Positions 47,698 to 60,800 of a DNA stretch of 64,000 bases are shown here, one piece after another; positions within the stretch are counted from its first letter, which is position 1; each line of letters begins with the position of its first letter. A program made the translations under genes and the position numbers. This DNA comes from Botryllus schlosseri (lineage: Eukaryota). The notes beneath the pieces were generated by a model, which made no database searches, had not been told where the DNA came from, and saw nothing but the letters and a program-made list of their open reading frames with translations. The stretch covers positions 17,360,001 through 17,424,000 of the forward strand of contig CM119376.1 in the NCBI GenBank assembly GCA_051294905.1, read 5' to 3'.

Positions 47698-49579
47698 TTA
47701 ACGGCCAAATAAATTGTAATCCGTGATTAGTAATCAAATCATACAATCGACGCGACCTCGTTTACGACGTCGATTTCGACACGCGTGCTCTGAGAAACAC
47801 CAGCTCTCTCTACCGGACGAGCGAATTCACGTTATACTTCTCTCAATTAAATTGTATTTGCACGCATGTTCGTTTACAAAATAATTCTTGAGTTAGTTTC
47901 GTGATAGCCTTTTCAATTGGACCGCGAAATAGTACAGTGTGTTTGTGTATGCCTGCGAATTAAAAGTCATTCCTGCGCTAAGTGCGCATATTCAATTGCA
48001 AATAATTGTCGCGATGTCAATCTCGGAACTCCATTGTGCCATACGCAAGTTGAGGAATTACTGATTAGATGCGCGCTTTCTCGTTTGCTATCATTTCTAG
48101 GCTACTAATTCTTGTCTGCTTTACACACTCGTATTCACTCGAAGACACTTATCACTTATCAGTGTTTGATCTGTTATTAACACTGTGCATTGTGCAGTGC
48201 ACGGCGTTGAATTATGTTGTCAAATATTGATGCAACAAGAGATTCTCGGTGGCGGAAATTATGAATTTATTCGATTATTTTGAGCGATAACCTTTTAAGT
48301 TCCAATAAACTTCATTGCTGGACGGACTCTATCGGGCACAACTATGTCGCGGATCGAATTTCAAACCATCGGGATTTGTATTTCTATGGAGAAGGTTGCG
48401 GCATGTGCAGCCAAAATGCTCTTGCAGCAATAACACCTGGATAATTAAAATCGCACCATTTCACGATCAAATTCGACTGGCTGATCGGGACTTGCGTCTG
48501 CCGTAGGTCCCGGGCTGAATAACCAGCGCGTTGCCGGTATTAAAACCCTAGGTGCGTTGCCAGTGAGTTTCTCATTTAAAACTAGAAATCCAGTCCTTTT
48601 GAAATGCCAATTCACTAATTCGTATTATCGATGCTGTGTACTGAAAATTAGCGAGAATCATTTGTATGGGAAATGGGTCATCGATATCTCATTGGTACTA
48701 TCGGCGGTGGTATGATTTAGCGCCCCGCATGTAGGCCTACTACCGTCTGCAGAATCACTTTCGCCAAACAGTAACAATCTCTGAGTGTAATATTGTTAGT
48801 GTTTGTTTATGTATCTTTTTGATTAAAACTTATGCCCGCGTCTGAACAAATTGTGCTCGTTGTCATTGCCGAATCTGGGTATTTAGGTATGACTAGCGCA
48901 CCCTGTAATTGTAATTATTGAAGGTTTGCGGCATGTCTGCAATTTCGTTATCAGCGCAACCTTGCCGGTCGATTGTACAGTCCGATAAAATTGATCACTA
49001 CTGGGCAATTCCCTGCACAGACAACCGATGTTTCCACCACTACCTCTTCAAATCTCTTGAAATTTGGTACACGCTCAGATGAGCTAATTCCAAACAAGAT
49101 GAACTTTATTTTATGAAAATTGGACTTGTTGGTCAAAAGTTACGTCACTTTGAAAATTGACAATTTTCTGCTCATTTCCGGTCTGCACTTTCAGGTTTTA
49201 TCAATGCAATATTCAAGCAGGTGTAGCTAGATGTTAGACGACAGTTGAGATACGGCACTTGGATTTATCTGAAGCTTGTCTGATCGTCTATGTTTCCAAG
49301 TAAAATTTAATGCCCTGTAGGTTAGGGTCAAAGGTTAAATTGAGGGGGAATTTGGTCAATGGTCTAAAATCAGTCAGGCGTTACACGATTTAGACTGCGG
49401 ATTGCTCAAAAACATATTAAAATATTTTGGAAAATAGGATCTTAAATGAAAGTTTGCTTCAAGGAGACTTCGCTCATAGCTGTTTGATTTTGGTTTTTAG
49501 ACTGTAAAGTGATGAAATTGCAGTTTCAAGAGCACACTTCATTTGCACATGGAAATGCAGTAGTAGTAGGGTGCGTTCT

Positions 49580-49940
49580 GACATCGAGTCTGGGGTGTGT
49601 GTGGACATCATGTCTGGGATGTGCTCCGACATCATGTCTTGGGTGTGTTCGGACTGTGTTGCCATTGGAAATTCGTGTCTGGGGTGAGTTCGACCTGTTC
49701 TGCCCCTCGGACATCGTGTCTGGGGTGGGTTCGGACAGTTTTGCAACTAGGACATCGGGCCAAGGGTGTGTTCGGAATGTGTTCCCATTCGGACATCGTG
49801 TCTAGGGCGTGTTCGGACATCATGCCAGGGGTGTGTTAGGACTGTGTTGCCACTCGGGCATCGTGTCTGGGGGGGGGTCGGACATCATGCCTGGAGTGTG
49901 TTAGGTTTGTGTTGTCAATCGGACATCGTGTCTGGAATAT
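49580..49940. repeat. GC-rich two-monomer minisatellite
   Basis: 24-bp unit GACATCGTGTCTGGGGTGTGTTCG irregularly interleaved with a ~17-bp unit GACTGTGTTGCCACTCG. Confidence 0.85.
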
Positions 49941-51269
49941 GTTTGTGCTGCGCCAGACATGCCTCATACCTGATATCTGCGCACTATTTTCATCCAGACA
50001 TGCTCCGGAGCTGATGCCTGCGCACTAAATACCTTCAGGCATTGTCCGAAACGGATATCTGCGAACTTAGTGGACACAGACATACGTCAGACGTGATACC
50101 TGCGTGATACCCTACTATGTATTTCGCACAGCGTACTGATGCTGATTTCAGCAAACTGACGATCCTATTAGATGTACAAATTCGACCCCCTGGCTACGCA
50201 CTTGCCGCCACCCCATGCAAAAATAAAAGTCGGCGCCTATGTGTACACGTACTGTACAATGACGCCAACTCACGAGCTTCATGCGTGCTAACTGTTACTA
50301 CCGAACGCTGATGCTCACATCAATCAATAATCGTCAGATTTATCTTAAATTCGGAACAAGACACACACAATGTACAATGCGATAAGACACAATGCGATGT
50401 AATGAACAAATAGGAGCCAGGAGGATGCCGGGCAGTTGCGGTCTCTCAAACTGACATCTAACACGACCTAGTGGCCGATGTCACAGTTCCTTTTGTCGAT
50501 GTTAGTCTCTATTCCACTACCCTTTCTTGCTCTTTCCTTTCTTTCTGGGTGCGCTCTTTCATCGGGTCTTTTTCTGGGCTTTTTTGTCGCCGTAAGAACA
50601 GCGACGCTAGCACGTAACAGATTAAATTTAAGGGTAGTGGCTATCACTGGCTAACTGGCTATTCGCCCGGTTCCATACGAGAAGCTCTCTTGTACAGCTG
50701 GACGTAATTTTATTTTTGGTATTTCACGACAGCGCTTTCTAATTGTTCGTCGTCTTACTCCAGTCGAACTTACTCTCGGAATCCATTCACACATGTTCCG
50801 GACGAATAGTTACTGCCATCCTGAGAACGAATTCGTCCGGTTCTAACGTGCGAAATAGCATAGCCTACACTCCATGATATGATCGATTTTCTGCCAAACC
50901 ATTTCGCGAGGAAGCTAAGTAAGGCATTATGCACAATTGCACACTGTGGTAATAAATTGAAAATACCTATCGAATCAGTCTTGATGGTAATCTATGGGTA
51001 TTGCGAGCGATCATATGACTGCACGATTCGCGCTAAAACATATGTTGATTGACATTGACCTGTATGTAGGATGTAGGTATACAGACGCTATTGCTCTTAT
51101 GGAAATAGGGTCATCACTGTCTCTTGATTCGTGTACAGACCTTTTAGAATGCTGCATAACTTTCGTTAATAATTTATTAACTTTCGTTAATAATTGGTGC
51201 CTGATTTTTTTGCACTATTGACGCTATTAATAAGTATTTTAACGTTCTGTTCCTGTGACCAAATTACAG

Positions 51270-51487
51270 GCCACGGTGTGCTCATCGGGATCAGCGTGGA
51301 AATAGATGGACAGGAAAAGGAGACAATCAAAATGAGGGGATCACTAACGAACACTACCGGAGACCTTCTCCAGCTTCTAAAGCGTAAATATAAGAGGGAT
51401 TTCAAAATCACTCGTGGCGGAACGGAATTGGAAGGCAACCTAATATTAGCGCAAGCAGCTCATACCGGAAGCAATATGTATATCTGA
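51270..51487 (+). CDS. Second, divergent UBL-like terminal exon
   Basis: GHGVLIGISVEIDGQEKETIKMRGSLTNTTGDLLQLLKRKYKRDFKITRGGTELEGNLILAQAAHTGSNMYI* aligns with the 27-kb UBL exon (ETI[RK], K.K...D, GG...L). Phase-1 acceptor AAATTACAG|GC. Confidence 0.55.
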
Positions 51488-52877
51488 TCGCTAAAGAAGG
51501 ATAATAAGAATAGAATTTTTTTAAATATGACAGCATCGAAGTTGGATCATATGATTATTTTAATACGAGTAGTGCCTCAAACTTGTTTACAAAAGGGGCA
51601 TACACATAAAGATTATATGATCCTGGCAAACTTGTCTGATTTATCTACTAAAACATTTTGAGCTTAGTTGCCACACATTGCGCGTCTTATTTTCATGCAA
51701 GGTTTTCGCTGACTCGCGTCAGAATAGCAATGATAGTGACGTGGCTAAATAATGGAAATTAGCCCTTATCAAATTTCAATGGCAGGCGCTGTCTCAGCTG
51801 ACGAATATTGAAGCCTTCTAGTTAAATCATTAACTCAATAACACATGTCGTTGTTGGTAATTTAATAGAGAATAGTTGGTGTTAGTATTTCATTCGTCAT
51901 AACTGATTAAGGATGCATTTAGATCACTGTTGAAATTCAACACTAAACAAGGAAAATCCGTAAAGAGGTTATGGGCCATGTGGTGTGTGCTTATATTCAA
52001 CCTTATATTTCCTGTTTCTTTCATGACTCATATATATTAAATTGAATTCTTTTGTTTGGAGCACATATGCGTGTTGAAGTTAAGAACGGAGTTGGTCTGG
52101 TTCATCACTGGTAGCAATTTTACAATCTGTGGTGATGTTAACTCAATGGTTCTGATTTTTATCAATATTTCTGATTTTTATCTAAATATCAACAGTGGCT
52201 AGGTAGCAATAATCTGTTTGAGATATACGATGTTGCAGACCATGCTGAAAGCCTCGACGCAAGTGAGCCTACCTTCATGATGTTGTCCTTACAGCACTTC
52301 AATATCCGCCGTGATGAATGATAGTTCCGAATAAAGTTGAGATTTTGTTAGTAACTAAGGCTGAGTAGAAATTACAATGGTATTTCAGGATCGATTCCAA
52401 AAGTCTCAATGAAAGAGCTCCATCACCCTTTCTCTTCCAACCGTCCGTACTTCATATACACTATATGTATACCTTATACATCTATTGTGTGATAGTGTAT
52501 ACTCTGCAGTCTGTACACGTTACGTGTAAACTGTATGTAGGGATATAAGTCAGTATCTTTGAGTATAGTTGAGAGAAAATGAAGGTCTGAGTAGGAAGGA
52601 AGGGAGTAAGGTTGGAGTTAAGGAAGTAGTCTCAAAAAGTAGATCTGATCAAGTGGTCGAATGATTTTATTAGTTAAGTGGTCGAATGATTTTAGTAGTT
52701 AAGAAGGTGGCTACTTTCGAACTAGCAAGATGCACCTTTCCGACTAAAGTAAAATGGCTAATGACAATACAAATAACTGCAATTTTCGAAAATATTCTTA
52801 GGCACCGTAATGCAGGGCTAGTTTGCCCAGTTGATATTACCAGACTATGCTAAAGTGTTGCGTGGTCTGAATGTCCG

Positions 52878-53465
52878 CAGGGTTGTAATGACTCGAGTCC
52901 GACTCGAGTCACGATTTTCTGATGACTCGACTTGACTCGAGTCATTTTCTCAAAATACGGAAATGACTCGACTCGACTCAAGTCAATTTGTACATTGACT
53001 CGACTTGGACTCGAGTCATTGCGCATGACTCGAACCAAGTCATATGACTCGAGACTCAGACGGCCAAGACCGACATTTCATTGTAATATTACAGAATAGT
53101 AACGCAACCACCCGATTGGTATTTCGTCTATTGGTACTAGTACTAGAAAGCGCGACCAGAAACTGTTGAAAGTGAGGAAAAGTGAAAAAAATTAGTATCT
53201 TATAATGCGATCCATTTGATATCACCAAACACAGTTATAAAAGTGGGTTTAACAAGTCTTTAACTGGAAACTGAGCAATCAAAACAATGACTTGGACTCG
53301 GACTCGAGTCATAATACCATGACTCGGACTCGAACCTCTGATCGATGACTTGGACTCGAACTTGACTCGGTGGTGAATCGAAAATGACTCGACTTGACTC
53401 GAGTCAAAACTATAAATCTGATTTTGACTTGTGACTCGGAGCCTTGTGACTTGGTTACAACCCTG
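52878..53465. mobile_element. hAT MITE, GACTCGAGTC family
   Basis: TIR CAGGGTTGTAA...TTACAACCCTG; near-TSD GAATGTC(C)G/GAATGTCG. Confidence 0.85.
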
Positions 53466-53866
53466 GAATGTCGTTTTCTATTGTGTGGTATGCTCAATTC
53501 TCGTGTAATAAATATCAAATAATTTTCGACGCACAAAACAGAGGTGGGCCTTGCTATATAAGTGGTTTGACATGGATTCAATAAAAGTCCTTTTCAGCTG
53601 AGTTTATTATTAAACTTTAGTCCAATAAATATACCAGAAGATTGCGATACTATGAAAAAGATTGGAATGTGGCGAAACGAATTGGAGTAGTCCTTAAATC
53701 AGACAGTACATACACCAACCTTGGCCTATAGGCGAAGTGGAGAGGAGGCATGCACACGAAATGAAAAGTAAATTGAAGTAAAACAACAAATTAGATGACA
53801 TGTCAACGAAGGCGTGGTCAATAGATCTGATCGTGGTCCATTATTCTGAAGCTCTGACTATAGTAG

Positions 53867-54160
53867 TTATTCAATAGAGCCTGCTTGTATTTCGATTTGA
53901 ATGTTGACAGGGCGATCATCTTTTAGGTCGGCCATATGATCGTTGGACGACGAGAAAGCGCGTGTGCTATAGGCTACGCGCTTTTGATTCCGAGGAACTA
54001 AGTCTTTGAAATACTCGGGGCAACGAACGCAGAGGAACTGTATACATAAACTTGGCAATTTCCGCATATCTTTCATGTTTAAAACACCGAATCTTTTGAG
54101 CAGCGACTTGTTGAACGGACATTCAGGCCCACTTTTTCAGGAGCTCGATATAAATTTCAA
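53867..54160 (-). mobile_element. 3' ORF2 remnant of a LINE (CR1/L2-like)
   Basis: Frameshifted translation LKRFGVLNMKDMRKL / EIAKFMY / CPEYFKDL...RVAYSTR resembles the post-RT C-terminal region of CR1/L2-group ORF2. Confidence 0.5.
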
Positions 54161-55833
54161 AAATGGCTAACTGACAATAACTTGCTTGGGATATAGCAGA
54201 GCTGTGCAAACTGCGGCTTGCGAGTCGCATGTGGCTCTCTCAGCCTTTGATTGCACAATGCACAACGCACATGCGATTTTACTATGGAGGTTAAACCTGA
54301 TTATAAAATGATGCATTGTACACGTATTAACAATATGCGTATTGTTTTTGTGTTGTTTCTTTCCTTATGGGTTACGCAAGACTTGTAAAATTTAGGGGAA
54401 GGTGGCACTACAGGGTTAAAATTTGCATTTGAACTCGCGAATCGAGTTCACATAAACGTTTCACCCGCAACAATGGATGCCCGTTCAGTGTTCATCAATT
54501 ATTGATAAATCATTGTGTTCAACAATAAACTTGATAATTAATTACGCCAGCGCAGGTCACAATCATTTCCGGGCTAGCATTGTGAATACGGCTCTTCCAT
54601 GTGTATTGTTAAGGCCAGCATTAACTGCAGAGTTTGGTCAAGAAAATGTCGTCGAGATTACTGAGATGAAATCTTCCTTCAATTCTCATCAGCACTTGAA
54701 GGAATTGCCCGCACTGCTTAGACGTCATATCAGCCTGATTTCAAACACCTTGCAGCCCAGGTGGGGACGCACCGTATCACCACACAATAATAAACTTCAT
54801 TCGATAGCCTACATTTTATTGTGACGTCACAAACTCGTATTTTTAAAATTTTGTGTTGTGACTCTTTTAAAGCTTGGATAGGATGTTGCAAACTGTGATA
54901 AAAGCCTCTGCGAAAGTGAAATGGCATACTGTATTTCCACCAATATCCGCCGTGATTATTGATATTGGTGAGGTTACAATGGTAACTATGGTTGAATTAA
55001 AACTACAATGGTATGTATTTCAGGATCATTAAGATCCCCAAAAGTCTCAAACCAAGTGCTCTACATTACCCTTTCTCTCCCAAGCGTCCCTACTCCGTGT
55101 ATAGTGTATGCTATGGTGTACTATATAGTGCACAATATACTCTATACACAGCTATTGTGTGATGGTATTAGGTGTACACGTTACCAATAAACTGTAGTCC
55201 CGTATTGTTGAGAATAGATGAGCGAGTAGACCACTATACGGGGACGGTTTGGGTTTTATCACCGTCATCCCGGCGCTATGAGACCATTAGAAATTTTTCG
55301 AGTTGGTGTTATTTGCTGACGCATTGGCGAACTCTAATTTGCCAATCAACATATTTTCACATTGTCACGACATGGGCGGTGGTCACGGCTGAGAAAGATA
55401 GGAATATGATAGTTTACAGACGTATAGCAATTCCGTGCCGAGTTGCACTATATACGTAATAATCGTACTGCCGCAGAAAGCTGATTGATTTGTTGATCAG
55501 TGTCTCGTGGCGATTAACTATTGCCGCATGCAGTCAAGGCGGACTGGCCAGTTTTAAGAAGGCACATTATTTTGTTCCTATTTAAACTAGGTGGCTCGGA
55601 GTCGCGGGCCTAATTGATGTACGTATTTATAGTTAGTTTGTGAGGTGATTGTTGCTAGTTTGTGAGGTGTTTGTTAAGTAGCATGATACAATGGATGTCG
55701 TTGATTGAAGAAGCTTTCAAGTTCCTTAATACTATGCTGTACAGACGAAGCATTTTGCGAGCAAATGGTGTATCGTGCCAAAGCTTCATCGTGTTCAAAC
55801 GAAGCCATGCGCAGGTGTCAACTTTATGTAAAC

Positions 55834-57453
55834 CAGGGTTGTAATGACTCGAGTCACGATTTTTTTGTGACTCGACTTGACTCGAGTCATTTTCTTGAAA
55901 TGGGAAAATGACTCGACTCGACTCGAGTCAATATTTGGATTGACTCGACTTGTACTCGAGTCATTACGCATGACTCGACCCAAGTCATTGACTCGGCTTA
56001 TTTTATATGACTTGAAGATGAATAAATTTGCGAATCGTAATGGCTAGATCAACGCATCTGACGTATTCTGCCGACATCGCCACTGCTTTTGTTGCACTCG
56101 TCTGATATCAGATATGCCGCCGTAAAAACAGCAGACAATGGTACATATAGTAGCAATGCATTGTACAAAATCATCCTGTGATGAAGAGGTAATAGATCCA
56201 CCGCAATCAAAGTACTCAATACTTTTCAATCATACAAACAATCGAAGTTCAATTAGGACCAATGAAATGACTCAAATGGTCAAGTAGACTGACTGATAAG
56301 ACTGATAAGACTGATAAGCTCACGTGCAGCTTTGAAGGCGATGATTCTTTGCATTATTGGGCGACCAGAAATAATGAGTACCCAATGCTCTTCAATGTGG
56401 TTCGAAAAGGCTTGTTAATTCCTGTATCTAGTGCACCAGTGGCACGTGTTTCAGTAGATGTGGATTTATTCTAAGGCCATACCGCTATAACATATACGAT
56501 GATCTCCTTTCCACTTTAGTATTTTTGAATTGTGACTCATCATTGATTTGATCTGCTGTCAGTGAAAACACACAATACACTCCATCCATTTGAGGTTTTG
56601 TTAGGTATATGTGCATTGTGCACGTTGTGTGATGTTTGTACAATAGGGTTGTTCAAAAATAACTTATTTCTTTTACTGGGTGGCTACTTGGTAAAATTGT
56701 TATGTTGCAGAAAAAGAACACTGAATCTGGCTTAATTTTAAAAAGTAGAATCAATGATATGAGAGGAGAAAATTTTACATTTGAAAATAAAGGGAGTGTT
56801 TTTGGTGAGAAATTATTTCATATAATATAATTAGATGCTAGTAGTAAGCCGATTATTTTTTTTATATCCAAAATATATCACTCTAATAAATTCGCTTTTT
56901 CTATAGTTGGAATTGAGCCAAATTTGCTATGAATCATATTTTGACACAATATAACAATATCATGAGGTGGCCGGTAAAATTCGAAAATCTCTATTTGTAG
57001 TTAATCCAAAATTTCCTCTCATATTAATAACGCTCCGGCGGCTATTTCGGGAGCTGAGCAGGAAATCTGACCTTTTTTTCGTCAATCACCTGATAATGTG
57101 AAAGAAAAACCGTACGTCTACATAAACATGCATCTGTTGATTCTCTATCAGCTGGTATCTAGATGTGAATTCGTTGGTTCTATATCAGATAGCATGTAGA
57201 ATGAATTCCTTGATTCTCTATAAGCTATAAGCTAATTCAGGATTGAAAACATGAGTTGAACATGACTTCAATACTGTGACTTGGACTCGACTCGAGTCAT
57301 AACACTATGACTCGGACTTGAGCCTTTAAACGGTGACTTGGACTCGGACTCGACTCGGTGATGAATTCAAAATGACTCGACTTGACTCGAGTCAAAACCA
57401 CAAAAGTAAGATTGACTCGTGACTCGGAACAATGTGACTTGGTTACAACCCTG
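55834..57453 (+). mobile_element. Internally deleted hAT transposon, GACTCGAGTC family
   Basis: TIR CAGGGTTGTAA...TTACAACCCTG; perfect TSD ATGTAAAC (55826-55833, 57454-57461); transposase remnant inside. Confidence 0.92.
56337..56546 (+). pseudogene. hAT transposase C-terminal dimerisation-domain remnant
   Basis: GDDSLHYWATRNNEYPMLFNVVRKGLLIPVSSAPVARV, one frameshift, then SRCGFILRPYRYNIYDDLLSTLVFLNCDS. This matches the hATC pattern (YW...YP.L...P.SSA..ER.FS..G.I....R..L). Confidence 0.85.
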
Positions 57454-57865
57454 ATGTAAACATGCCAAGTATGACCGGACCATGCTAAAGTGTCGCTTGG
57501 TTTAAATGCCGTTTGCTATTGTGACGTGTGCTCAACTCTCAGACAATCTATATATCAGACTATCTGCGAAACCCAAAACAAAACTGGGCCTTGCGCTTGC
57601 CATAAGTCAGTAATGTTGGATTCAGTAGAAAACGTATGTCCTATGTTCCATAACTATGACTCTCAAACTCCGCAAACCTAAACATAATAATTCAGTGATG
57701 GATATCCAAGAGGGAAATCAACAAAAGTTATATGCGATTTCCCCATCACGAATCAGCAAAAGCAAATATAACAAATATTACATAAAATTCTGAAATTTAT
57801 ATAAGTGTAATTATTTTCAGAAAATAATTCTTATAATTTTTCATCGGTAACTCCAAAAACTAACC

Positions 57866-60800
57866 ATGTCTCTGATACGAAGAATAAGGGACATCTATGA
57901 GGATATTCGCAGATGCGATAAACTTTTCGACAATTTAATGGAACACCGTGCTTTACTGATTCGTGGTAAAGACATCGAGTCGATAATGAAGTCTATGAAT
58001 ATCTCAGATGAGTACATCTCCGCCGTGAAATCGTCTGAATCATTTAAAAAATATATGGATGAGAAGTCAACCCTGAACTCAAGCGATCAACACAACAGTC
58101 CATTTCTTTCCGATAATTATTTGTCCGATAGAACGTTTTGCGATGGCGTGTTAAAGAGTATTTGTGAACAGATTAGATCTCACTGTGACAAATATGGAAG
58201 AGAAATAAATACAAACCTGTACGAAACAGGGAGACAATTTCAGAGATTGGGGCAGTTGCACATCGCCATGGCAACGACCGAAGGACGCTTTGCCATGAAT
58301 CAAAAATTGCATTTCATCAGGGCGGCTGTGCTTTTGAATGCAGCGATTGTTAGGTTTGAAATCGTTGGCAAATATTACGATAAAAGGAAAGCAACAAAAA
58401 ACTTTAACGACTTGTTTTAAAAAATATATGAGCTGGACGAATTCAAAGGTGACGACTGTAACATGGTTCGATTCTGCCAAGAAATAAAGCAGGAGATCCT
58501 AAAGCTAAGAGATTCGGAAAAGGTGAGCTTAGGTCGGCTGAAGAGATTGCGATGTGCTAAGGATCGAGACTATGAATTAACGGGAAAATCCGAATGTGAT
58601 GAGACTAGGAAAATAACCGAGTATAATTCGGAAAGTTATAAACGCATCATGGTCAAAATTTTAAAAAGGTGCGTGGAAATTATGGGGGAGCCGCCTTGCG
58701 ACTTCGCTATTGCTGGTCTCGGTTCAATTGCCAGGGATGAAGTGACGCTGTCCTCAGATTTCGAGCACCTAATCATTCTGGATGACAGAGCAAACGTTGT
58801 GGAGAGTATGCGAGAGTACTTTAGATGGATCTCCGTTCTCTCCTGCCTCGTTGTCATCGGCTTAGGAGAAACAATCGTTCCTAATGTTGATATCAAATAT
58901 CTATGTGACCATTACTCATCCGACGAAAATGAAAAATGGTTCAGAGACGAGTACACTCCATGCGGATTATCATTTGATGGGATGATGCCACACGCGTGCA
59001 AAACTCCTATTGGCAGACAGAAACCTACCAAAAATAAAAATAATGCGGTTGAACTCATCCAGACCGCATCTGATATGGCGAAATACATGACATCAAGCGA
59101 ACAATTAAAAAATGGATACATGCTGCACGACGTCCTTGGTACCACCTGCTACGTTTATGGTAATGTAGATGTATATCATTGTTTTCTTGCGCAATGCCAA
59201 AATAACAAACAAACCCTGCACGGAGACATCCTACGCGATCAGCAATATGACCTGCTTAGAAATGGTAAAAGTGCGGTATTTTTTGGAAATTATTATGTTG
59301 ATGTCAAAAAGAAGCTCTATCGCCCAATAACTGTTCTTTTACGCGTTCTTGCAAATCACTTCAATTTACCCCACCAGAGCAGCTTTAGTATTCTCGATGA
59401 CTTGAAGCGTGAACGTATTGTTGAAGCGATGATCTATGATGAATTGTCGCATGCAGTAGCAATGGCTTTGGAGATTCGCATGCGTTTTTATCAGACTAGA
59501 AACGGGCAAAGGAATCTCATCGAACTCAAGGACCTGAACAGCGTGATGGGCACGAAACGCATGGTACATCTTGAGGTCGCCACCCATTTTCTCAGAATTG
59601 CAGTTAGAGATCTAATATATAGGACGCACGTATCGAAGGAAGATTGTAAGAAATTGCGCTTTCCTACAAGAAATTCTGACATCCGATACGGTGTGCGTTG
59701 TACATACGAGAAGTCATATCGCGAGGACCACGAAACTTTGCTCTTTGATAGTCTTGGAGAAATAAAGAATATTTTACAACAATACGAGACCATGAAAATA
59801 CTCCCAGCCACCGCATACCAATTCATTACCGCGCAAATCATGGCGCTGCATGACTGCTCATGCTCAATAGTATTGCAGATATGCGGTAACCCGTTTCCGA
59901 ACTTTCGTGAATTCACCCCAAATTTACCTGCTATTGTGAACGATCTCTGCGAATGGTCATGTGAAATACTTTGCAAATTCGAACCCGGCCCGCGATATTT
60001 CAATAATATGATAGGTATCCTGTTTAGGCGCGAGCAATACAACAAGGCAAACATGTATCTTATTCTTGACCATTGTGTGTTGGAACTGATTTTGAATAAA
60101 CAAAAATGTCCAGATCCTTATTTAGATGCAGTAGCAGGATGTGAATTTGAATTGAAATTGGCGATTCTTTCACCGAAGGAAGCGGTGGAATATTTCGAAG
60201 CAGCTGCATCCGGGCGACCCAACCTAACTTGTTACACAAAAACATTGTATGTCCTTGGTATGGTAAAGGCTCAAATATTATGTGGACCGAAGGAACACGA
60301 CCCGATATGTCAACTGTTATTTTTGAAAGTGATTGGGTGGCATGTCAATTCAAACACTCACCGTCTTAAGCCACTCCAATACCGGAAGATAGTGTCATGT
60401 ATCTGCAAAATTTTGATTGATAACTATGGAGGTGACCATGCTTTGGAATTCTACCGATCGATCATCAATATGGCGGACAAACGGACGGCAAACGATAGTA
60501 AACCGATGAATGATGTTGGGACGAGTGTCAATTCATCAGCACATTATAAATACGACTATGGCATGATTCGGAATACCGGAAAACATGCAGATTTCACTTT
60601 CGTAAAATCCGATTACACAAGGCCTCTGGTTATGAAGGAAGTAGAGGTGAAATTCCATCACGCGTTGCAGATACTCTCGTCAGTATCGTACGGTGATATG
60701 TTGATGTTGATTGAATATAGCATGAAGAAAACTCTTCGTTACAAAGCAGTGCCAGGCAAATACGTGGGTATGATGGTAAAATTTACTGAGGGTATAGTGC

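Noticed and set aside
49580-49940. Repeat-spacer appearance suggesting a CRISPR array
   Set aside because: The 'spacers' are homologous to each other, the repeats are degenerate and sometimes adjacent, no cas genes are present, and the context is eukaryotic.
51194-51269. Signal peptide on the second UBL ORF
   Set aside because: It starts at TTG, and the hydrophobic stretch is T-rich intron sequence ahead of the acceptor at 51268-51269.
54477-54824. 115-aa ORF
   Set aside because: No recognisable motif, splice context or paralogue; surrounded by repeat fragments.
3032-58420. TAA reassignment or programmed readthrough, since A and C both have in-frame TAA
   Set aside because: All three paralogues also terminate at TAA, the two internal stops are at unrelated positions, and each is a single-base change from the copy B codon.
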